Below, piece by piece: positions 25,249 through 32,000 of a stretch of 32,000 nucleotides of DNA. A program made the position numbers and the translations under genes. A model generated the notes under the pieces. That model searched no databases, had not been told where the DNA came from, and saw nothing but the letters and a program-made list of their open reading frames with translations. Location: contig NC_014148.1 of assembly GCF_000092105.1 (NCBI RefSeq), positions 4,530,001 to 4,562,000 of the forward strand. Reading direction: 5' to 3'. Source of the stretch: Planctopirus limnophila DSM 3776. GTDB lineage: Bacteria; Planctomycetota; Planctomycetia; Planctomycetales; Planctomycetaceae. Numbering within the stretch: position 1 is the first letter of the stretch; the number at the start of each line of letters is the position of its first letter.

Positions 25249-25680
25249 TTATTCGTTCTCTCTTGTGCTCGACTGGGCTTTGAGCAGGTCGCGGATTTCC
25301 ATCAGCAGTTCCTGATCGCGGGTCGGGACGGGTGGTGCCGCCTCTTCGGCGGCCTGCTTGCGTTTCAGCGTATTGATCCCCTTGAGCACCATAAACAGCA
25401 CCATGGCGATGATCACGAAATCAAACACAGATTGCAGGAACAGCCCATAGCTGATCGGGACATAAGCCACTTCCCCGGCTGCCACTGCAGGAACGGGAAT
25501 GTTGATTGAAAGCTTGCTGAAGTCCGCCCCTTTGAGCAGCGCTCCAATCGGCGGTGTGATAATGTTCTTCACCAGCGAAGTGACAATACTGGTAAAGGCC
25601 GCTCCCGTGACGATCCCCACAGCCATATCGATCACATTGCCACGCATGGCAAACTCTTTGAATTCGTGGATGAGACCCAT
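25249..25680 (-). CDS. mscL: Large-conductance mechanosensitive channel
   Basis: 143 aa. [29 protein letters not shown]...ITPPIG is the canonical MscL N-terminus/TM1, with a second TM helix and a charged C-terminal helix. Confidence 0.95.
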   Translation of the reverse strand: MGLIHEFKEFAMRGNVIDMAVGIVTGAAFTSIVTSLVKNIITPPIGALLKGADFSKLSINIPVPAVAAGEVAYVPISYGLFLQSVFDFVIIAMVLFMVLKGINTLKRKQAAEEAAPPVPTRDQELLMEIRDLLKAQSSTRENE

Positions 25681-26097
25681 CGTTTACCTCGTCATGAATG
25701 CCTGAGAAAAGATTCGCCAGCCGGAATGGCAGCAGCGATGACCCGGGCACTTTACCCGTTACCTGACCTCGATGCATTACAAGATTTGTGCAGGACAAAA
25801 CCCATCTGGTGGTTCCGTGCAAAGCCACACCTCAGGGCGGCTGTATGTGATACGGTGCCCAGGAAACAAAAGCCCGTTTTTGGTTGCGAAAACATGCTTG
25901 CCCAGAACTGCAAGCATGCCACACAGAGCGCCATAGTTTCATGGAAAGGGTATGAGATGTCGTGATCCTCACGTAGATCAACCACCTCCGCCAGCGCTGC
26001 CGCCAGAGGATTTGGCTAGAATTAGATACTGGCAACTTCGATCTCCTGATCGACTTTCGCCACGCCCACCGGTTTCCATCGCTGCTTCGAATTCTGG

Positions 26098-26538
26098 ATG
26101 CCTTGCATGTCGAACAACAAAAAACTGCTGATCGCTTTCGGTGTGGCCATGGCGTCGTTTGCGGTCGTCGTCGCCATCACTCTTTCGGCCGGAACGTTAA
26201 AGCCGATTCTGCCTCAGCCAGAACAATTGATTTTCGAGATCGAAGGGGAAGGAAGTCTCGAAAGCAGCCAGAGTTTTCAGGCACCCGACAACTGGCAGCT
26301 GCGCTGGGATTTTGATGGCCACGATAAGTACGCTACGGTGCTGGACATGATCCGCTGGACGAATTCTGAGGGGAAATCGAACGAAGTCGTCGCCATGCAC
26401 CGCAAGCCGATCCGCACCGGCAGCGGCGTTTATATCGGCCAAGGGGGCGAGTACCGCCTGTCTGTCAAAGGCAAAGGCCCCTGGAGAATTCGGGCCTATC
26501 GCTTCGATCCACTCGACAAAACGGCCTCAGGTCAGTGA
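26098..26538 (+). CDS. Hypothetical membrane-anchored or secreted protein
   Basis: 146-aa ORF with an N-terminal hydrophobic helix (LLIAFGVAMASFAVVVAITL). No family recognised. Confidence 0.55.
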   Translation: MPCMSNNKKLLIAFGVAMASFAVVVAITLSAGTLKPILPQPEQLIFEIEGEGSLESSQSFQAPDNWQLRWDFDGHDKYATVLDMIRWTNSEGKSNEVVAMHRKPIRTGSGVYIGQGGEYRLSVKGKGPWRIRAYRFDPLDKTASGQ

Positions 26539-26627
26539 GAATAGGTTGGCCCTGTGTCTGGAAATCGATCTCTGCCTGTTAGTCTGTGGAATTCAGTGCC
26601 GGTTGGAACTCAGAAAGCAACATTCCC

Positions 26628-27683
26628 ATGAATCAAGCCTCCAACCCCTCTGATCATGTGGAGCCGCCAGAAGTCTGTGCGGTAGAAACCGTTTCCCTTC
26701 AGGTGGCGGATCTCCAGCAATCCATCCTGAAGGTTCTCACCCGGCAAGGGTTGTTCGGGGCCGATTCGCAGCATGTCATCGATTATATCCTCTCGCCCTG
26801 GTTGCCTGCCTGGGGTGGGCTCCATCTCCCCTACCTGTCGTCGATGGTACGGGCCATGGATCTGGGGGAAATTGATCCCCGCGGACGCATTCTGACAGTA
26901 CGCGATCAACCATCGCTGGTGCATCTCGATGGCAGTCGCGCTGCAGGGTCGGTGGCGATGGCCTATGCGACAGAACTGCTCGTTGAAAAGGCAAAGGCCA
27001 CCGGTATCGCAGGCGCCGTCATTCGCAATAGCTCGGCCATTGATCGACCAGAAGCTGTCGTCGCGAATCTCGCACACCGCGGGTTGATCGGCTTCATGGT
27101 CTCAAGTACAGGCCGGGCCGAGTTCAGCCCGGTGGGAGATCGCACGCCGCGAGTGGCAGGGCATCGCAGTGCCTGGTGCTTGCCAGCCGCAAGCAGTCTG
27201 ACTCTCATTTCGACACAGGTGGCGAGTCTCGATTCGCTCATGCTGCTCGACCCGGCACAAACCGAGGGCCAACCAGCGGCTGATCTCGCGTTTGATAAAG
27301 AAGGCCAGCCCGCCCGAAGCTGGAACTCTGCTCGCACATTCGGCTTGTTAACTGGTGAGCATGATCTGCAGTACGGCCTGTTATGTGGCCTGCTGCTGGC
27401 GGCACTGAGCGATGGCCGTTTACCCACCGAACGAGCCAAGAAATCTCCCTTCGGCGATGACTCCGAACATCTTCTGCTGGCAATCGAGCCATCGAGTGAA
27501 ATGGCCGAACGCTTCCCGCCCGAGCGGCTCGCGGCCTTTGTCAGTTCCATGAAACATCCCCGTGCCATTCAGCACCTTGAGAAATCACCCACGTTACCAG
27601 ACACGATTGAAGTCCCCCTGGCCCACCAGCAGATGTGGATTGAACTCCTCGATGAACAGCGGATCGAACATCCCTGGAAATAA
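26628..27683 (+). CDS. Ldh_2 (malate/L-lactate dehydrogenase type 2) family protein, possibly divergent
   Basis: ATG at 26628. Layout resembles the Ldh_2 family (...LDGSRAAGSVAMAYATELLVEKAKATGIAGAVIRNSS...GLIGFMVSSTG), but the usual NS.H.G segment is replaced by NSSAIDRPEA. Confidence 0.6.
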   Translation: MNQASNPSDHVEPPEVCAVETVSLQVADLQQSILKVLTRQGLFGADSQHVIDYILSPWLPAWGGLHLPYLSSMVRAMDLGEIDPRGRILTVRDQPSLVHLDGSRAAGSVAMAYATELLVEKAKATGIAGAVIRNSSAIDRPEAVVANLAHRGLIGFMVSSTGRAEFSPVGDRTPRVAGHRSAWCLPAASSLTLISTQVASLDSLMLLDPAQTEGQPAADLAFDKEGQPARSWNSARTFGLLTGEHDLQYGLLCGLLLAALSDGRLPTERAKKSPFGDDSEHLLLAIEPSSEMAERFPPERLAAFVSSMKHPRAIQHLEKSPTLPDTIEVPLAHQQMWIELLDEQRIEHPWK

Positions 27684-27745
27684 CGCTGCATACTTTGCCT
27701 TCAGTAGATCACCAAGTTTTCCTCATCGCCTCCTGAATTCTGGTG

Positions 27746-28897
27746 ATGAAATCGACACAGGAATTTGAGCCCACAATGAGCGAACAATGGATTTCGGATC
27801 GTTTGCGCAAGATCGATGCTTCGGGAATCCGCAAGGTTTTCGATCTGGCAGCCACGATGAAGAACCCGATCAACCTGAGCATCGGGCAGCCCCATTTCGA
27901 TACCCCAGAGAATGTCAAACTGGCACTCAAGGCGGCAGTCGATGCCGGTAAAAATGTTTACAGCCAGTCGCAAGGGATCAAGCCCTTGCTGGAGACTTTG
28001 AATGCCAGCGTTCAGGCCGAATACCACGATCCTGATCGCGAAGTCTTCGTCACCAGCGGCACAAGTGGCGGCCTCATGCTGACTTTAATGACACTGGTCA
28101 ATCCGGGCGAAGAAGTGATTGTCTTCGACCCTTACTTCGTCATGTACAAGCACATTGTGACGCTCTGTGGCGGTGTGGTGAAGCTGATTGATACCTACCC
28201 TGATTTCCGGATTGATCTGGAGAAGGTCGAAGCAGCCATCACTCCACAGACCAAGGTGATCATCTGCAATTCGCCAGGGAATCCTACCGGTGCTGTTGCT
28301 ACGGCGGCGGAACTGAAAGGTCTGGCTGAACTGGCAGCCCGCCACAATGTCGCTCTCTTGAGTGATGAGATCTATCGCGCGTTTCAATACGACGATGAGT
28401 TCATCAGCCCGGCCAAGTGGAATCGCGAAACGATTGTCATTGATGGCTTCAGCAAATCGCACTCGATGACCGGTTTACGACTCGGCTTTGCCCATGGACC
28501 GCGAGAACTGATTCAGCAGATGATCAAGCTGCAGCAGTTTACCTTTGTCTGCGCCCCCCAGCCTGTGCAGTGGGCCGGTGTGGAAGCCTGGACAACCGAC
28601 ATCACGGACCGCGTCGCCGATTACAAACGCAAGCGGGATTTTATGGTGCGCGAACTCAGCCCGTACTTTGAAATTCATGGCGCTCAGGGAGCCTTCTATC
28701 TCTTCTTGAAAGCCCCCTGGGGAACAGGGAGCACGTTTGTCGCAGAAGCCATTCGAAATGAACTGCTGATCATTCCCGGCAACGTCTTCAGCCAGCGGGA
28801 TACCCACTTCCGCATCTCGTTCGCGACAGAAGATGCCACACTCCAGCGAGGGGTGGAAGTTCTTCAGCGTTTAGCCAAAATGAAACCAGCGGAATAG
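27746..28897 (+). CDS. Pyridoxal-phosphate-dependent aminotransferase, class I/II (aspartate/aromatic-type)
   Basis: ASGIRKVFDLA, NLSIGQPHFDTP, NSPGNPTG, and SKSHSMTGLRLGF carrying the PLP lysine. Start is ambiguous: GTG 27743, ATG 27746 or ATG 27776. Confidence 0.92.
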   Translation: MKSTQEFEPTMSEQWISDRLRKIDASGIRKVFDLAATMKNPINLSIGQPHFDTPENVKLALKAAVDAGKNVYSQSQGIKPLLETLNASVQAEYHDPDREVFVTSGTSGGLMLTLMTLVNPGEEVIVFDPYFVMYKHIVTLCGGVVKLIDTYPDFRIDLEKVEAAITPQTKVIICNSPGNPTGAVATAAELKGLAELAARHNVALLSDEIYRAFQYDDEFISPAKWNRETIVIDGFSKSHSMTGLRLGFAHGPRELIQQMIKLQQFTFVCAPQPVQWAGVEAWTTDITDRVADYKRKRDFMVRELSPYFEIHGAQGAFYLFLKAPWGTGSTFVAEAIRNELLIIPGNVFSQRDTHFRISFATEDATLQRGVEVLQRLAKMKPAE

Positions 28898-28975
28898 CCG
28901 ACTACTTGAACTTCGAATCCTGCGACCGTGAGATTTTTGAGCTACTGGTCATTTTCGTACGATCTGTGAGTCTTC

Positions 28976-29875
28976 ATGTCATTGCCAACCACCAATTCTG
29001 GAGCAATACCGGCAAGCGTAGAGGCTCATGAGCATTCATGGTCTGCCGAATGGCTGGCGCAATGGCGTTTGCGCTGGTTTATTCTGCGGACAAGCATTGA
29101 GGAGCGTCTGGCCTATCGCGGTGATTTTGCCTTTGCGACACTCATTCGCTTTCTGCCGATTATCACGCAGATCTTTTTGTGGAGCGCGATCTTCGATGCG
29201 AAGTCCGCGAGTGATTCCCGGAAGATCAATACCTACACCTATGCCGACATGGTGGCCTATTTTCTGCTGGTGATGCTGGGCCGCGCCTTCAGCAGTATGC
29301 CGGGCCTGACGACAGGAATTGCCCGCGATGTGCGGGATGGCACGATCAAGAAATTCCTCACCCAGCCTGTGGATCTGGTCGAGTTTCTGTTCTGGCACCG
29401 GGCGGCACATAAGCTGGTCTACTACGCCGTCGCCGCTGGGCCCTTTGCACTGGTCTTCTGGCTGTGCCGGGCCTATTTCCCCGGCTGGCCCGATGCTGCC
29501 ACCTGGGCGACGCTCGTGGCTTCGCTCGTGTTGGCCTTTCTGCTGGGGTTTCTCATCGAGACGCTATTGGGCCTCTGTTCCTTCTGGTTTCTGGAAGTGA
29601 GTTCGCTCGTCTTTGTCTACATGCTCCTCAATTACATTTTGAGTGGGCACATGATTCCCCTCGACTGGCTCCCGGGGACATTCGGCCAGATCGTCCAGTG
29701 GTTGCCCTTCAAATACCTGGCCTACTTTCCTGCGGCAGTCGCCTTGCAGCGATATTCCCACGAAGAAATGGCCATGGAACTGCTGGCGGCCTGTGGCTGG
29801 TGTCTCTTTTTGTGGGCTCTGGTTCGCCTGGCGTTTTATTTTGGTGCACGCAGATACAGTGCTTATGGGGCTTAA
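28976..29875 (+). CDS. ABC-2-type transporter permease-like membrane protein
   Basis: 299 aa with about six hydrophobic segments. The N-terminal EERLAYRGDFAF... start resembles ABC-2 family (DUF990-type) permeases from memory. No adjacent ATPase gene. Confidence 0.55.
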   Translation: MSLPTTNSGAIPASVEAHEHSWSAEWLAQWRLRWFILRTSIEERLAYRGDFAFATLIRFLPIITQIFLWSAIFDAKSASDSRKINTYTYADMVAYFLLVMLGRAFSSMPGLTTGIARDVRDGTIKKFLTQPVDLVEFLFWHRAAHKLVYYAVAAGPFALVFWLCRAYFPGWPDAATWATLVASLVLAFLLGFLIETLLGLCSFWFLEVSSLVFVYMLLNYILSGHMIPLDWLPGTFGQIVQWLPFKYLAYFPAAVALQRYSHEEMAMELLAACGWCLFLWALVRLAFYFGARRYSAYGA

Positions 29876-29905
29876 GGCTGCATTTTGCGAGAAATGCGGC
29901 CTTGT

Positions 29906-29929
29906 CAGCCCTGAAATCAGGCTGTTTTT
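29906..29929 (+). terminator. Intrinsic terminator after the permease gene
   Basis: cagcc(c)tg-aaat-caggctg hairpin at 29906-29924, followed by ttttt at 25-29 of the same hundred (29925-29929). It is preceded by a second 10-bp hairpin at 29876-29901. Confidence 0.6.
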
Positions 29930-30228
29930 GAGCCAGAAGCCTGTTTGTTGCGTTGACTAAGCTGTCGCTGCTCTGTTCTGGTGAACACCGAATCCTGTTC
30001 TCCCGGCTTTGCCAGATTCGCAGAGAATCGTCATAATTTGCCAGACAGTCTGCCTGTTCCTCACTGTGCGGACTGGGGCCTCTCCGTTACGATCAAGAAG
30101 ATTACAAACCAGATCACATCAGTCATTCGATATGGGCGGCGATCCCTTCTTCGTTCTAAGGGGATCACTGCTGGAAGTTTGTGGCCGGTTGGCATGGCCT
30201 GTCACAACGACTCGGGAGTACGACACAC

Positions 30229-32000
30229 ATGGCGGGTATGATGACAGATTCGAGCCGTTCCGCAGCTTCTAACGGACATGCTGTTTCCGAGTCTCAAACA
30301 GAGTTAGGCGAACTCCCTGCGGTAGGGCTGGATACCGATGAACTGGCCGAGTGGTACGAATCACTCGATGATGTCTTCCATCGTTATGGGCCAGAAGAAG
30401 TTCGCGCTCTGCTGCTCGAATTGCAGCAGCGGGCTTCGGCCAAAGGTGTCACGGGTACTGCCAGTCTGACGACTCCTTATATTAATACGATTCCCGTCGA
30501 TGCTGAGCCGAGCTATCCGGGTGACCGCAAGATCGAACGCAAGATTCGCTCGATTGTCCGCTGGAATGCGATGGCCATGGTCGTACAGGCTGCGCGCAGT
30601 GGCACCGGTGTTGGTGGTCACATTTCGACATTTGCCTCTTCGGCGTGCCTGGTAGAAACCGGGTTCAACCATTTCTTTCATGCTCCTTCAAAGTCGCACA
30701 CTGGCGACTTTGTTTATTTTCAAGGGCATGCTTCGCCGGGCGTTTATTCACGAGCCTTCGTGGAAGGCCGTCTCGACGAAAGCCATCTGAAAAACTTCCG
30801 TCGCGAGTTACCGCGTGGCCAGGGTCTTTCATCCTATCCGCATCCGTGGCTGATGCCTGACTTCTGGCAATTCCCCACGGTTTCGATGGGTCTGGGGCCA
30901 CTTTGCTCGCTCTATCAGGCCCGGTTCCTTCGTTATCTGCAGCATCGCGGCCTGCTCGATACCAGCCAGTCGCGCGTCTGGTGCTTTATTGGCGATGGGG
31001 AAGTCGATGAGCCCGAAACTCTGGGTGCTATCACTCTGGGGGCTCGCGAACATCTCGACAACGTCACCTGGGTCATCAACTGCAACCTGCAGCGGCTCGA
31101 TGGTCCCGTCCGCGGGAATGGCAAGATCATTCAGGAGCTCGAAGGCCTCTTCCGGGGTGCCGGGTGGAATGTTCTCAAGGTCATCTGGGGTGCCGACTGG
31201 GATCCGATTCTCGCTAATGATGAATCGGGCCAGCTCAAAAAGCGGATGCTCGAAATCGTCGATGGTCAGTTCCAGAAGTACGTTGTCGAATCAGGCAGCT
31301 ACATCCGGCAGGATTTCTTCGGTAAGAACCCCGAACTCCTCAAGCTCGTGGAGCATCTGAGCGACGACCAGATTAAAGATCTCCGTCGTGGTGGTCACGA
31401 TGCCCAGAAGGTCTATACCGCTTACCATGCGGCTGTGAATCACAAGGGTGTCCCCACAGTCATTCTTGCCCATACCATTAAGGGCTACGGCCTGGGTGAA
31501 TCTGCCGAAGGCAAGAACACCACACACCAGCAGAAGAAACTCGAAGAAGACGATCTGCTCAAGTTCCGCACCCGCTTTGAACTGCCACTTTCGGACGAAG
31601 AGGCCAAAGCCGCCAAGTTCTACAAGCCAGATCCTTCGAGCCCCGAAGTCAAATACATGCTCGAACGGCGAAAAGAACTGGGGGGTTTCCTCCCCGTTCG
31701 CAAGCCGACGAGCGAGCGGCTCACCATTCCCTCGTTTGACCAGTTCCAGACTGCACTCAAAGGGAGTGTGGGCAAAGAATGGTCCACGACCATGGTTCTC
31801 GGCAGGATTATGGGCTGGCTTTGCACCGACAAGAATGTCGGCAAACGCATTGTCCCCATCATCCCCGATGAAGCCCAGACGTTCGGGATGCACACCCTCT
31901 TTGCTCAGGTGGGGATCTACAGCAGCAAAGGCCAGCAGTACACACCGGTTGATGCCGGTCAGATGGTCTGGTATCGCGAAGAAACCAACGGCCAGATTCT
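30229..32000 (+). CDS. aceE: Pyruvate dehydrogenase E1 component, homodimeric type (5' part, runs off the window)
   Basis: Frame 1 is open from 30160 to the window end, with ATGs at 30229, 30238 and 30241. The translation is colinear with E. coli AceE: YINTIPV, RWNA, GGHISTF, FFH, YFQGH.SPGVY.RAF.EGRL, SSYPHP.LMP.FWQFPTVSMGLGP, GDGE.DEPE, NCNLQRLDGPV.GNGKII.ELE, ILAHTIKGYG.G, GQQYTP. Not in the ORF track because no stop lies in the window. Confidence 0.96.
   Translation, partial: MAGMMTDSSRSAASNGHAVSESQTELGELPAVGLDTDELAEWYESLDDVFHRYGPEEVRALLLELQQRASAKGVTGTASLTTPYINTIPVDAEPSYPGDRKIERKIRSIVRWNAMAMVVQAARSGTGVGGHISTFASSACLVETGFNHFFHAPSKSHTGDFVYFQGHASPGVYSRAFVEGRLDESHLKNFRRELPRGQGLSSYPHPWLMPDFWQFPTVSMGLGPLCSLYQARFLRYLQHRGLLDTSQSRVWCFIGDGEVDEPETLGAITLGAREHLDNVTWVINCNLQRLDGPVRGNGKIIQELEGLFRGAGWNVLKVIWGADWDPILANDESGQLKKRMLEIVDGQFQKYVVESGSYIRQDFFGKNPELLKLVEHLSDDQIKDLRRGGHDAQKVYTAYHAAVNHKGVPTVILAHTIKGYGLGESAEGKNTTHQQKKLEEDDLLKFRTRFELPLSDEEAKAAKFYKPDPSSPEVKYMLERRKELGGFLPVRKPTSERLTIPSFDQFQTALKGSVGKEWSTTMVLGRIMGWLCTDKNVGKRIVPIIPDEAQTFGMHTLFAQVGIYSSKGQQYTPVDAGQMVWYREETNGQI

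Noticed and set aside
1-32000. tRNA, rRNA, tmRNA, RNase P and SRP RNA genes
   Set aside because: I found no cloverleaf-compatible segment or conserved core motif (for example the RNase P GAGGAAAGUCC) while reading the intergenic regions. This is a by-eye negative and should be confirmed with tRNAscan-SE and Infernal.

Overview
The window looks like a chromosomal segment from a Planctomycetota-type genome. That inference rests on a TIGR03067-type protein, PQQ-like propellers, a Tat-signal Gfo/Idh/MocA oxidoreductase, an Fae homologue, giant TPR proteins and GEGRDEG-type palindromic repeats. Most of it is ordinary core content: guaB, rsmA/ksgA, mscL, a class I/II aminotransferase, an Ldh_2-family protein, an ABC-2 permease, a GT-C glycosyltransferase, and the 5' 1.77 kb of aceE. 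aceE is open-ended and therefore missing from the ORF track. The accessory part lies at about 18.9-22.1 kb. There, one GC-rich native SAM-methyltransferase gene is flanked by two AT-richer insertions. The first is a 796-bp segment bracketed by a perfect 105-bp direct repeat that duplicates the methyltransferase 5' end; it carries an orphan 175-aa ORF. The second is an AbiD/AbiF-type (Abi_2, HEPN) abortive-infection gene. It is preceded by about 230 nt of non-coding sequence ending in a hairpin plus T-tract, which I propose as a candidate RNA antitoxin, and the module is bounded by an imperfect direct repeat. Other items of note: a secreted Cys/Ala/Pro tandem-repeat protein fused to HEAT-like repeats, a His-rich tract inside a 1009-aa TPR protein, an Fae homologue with a Lys/Ala-rich N-terminal tail, and several interspersed palindromic repeat families sitting in intergenic regions. 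I recognised no rRNA, tRNA, CRISPR array, transposase or integrase. All calls come from reading the sequence and ORF translations by eye; no searches were run.
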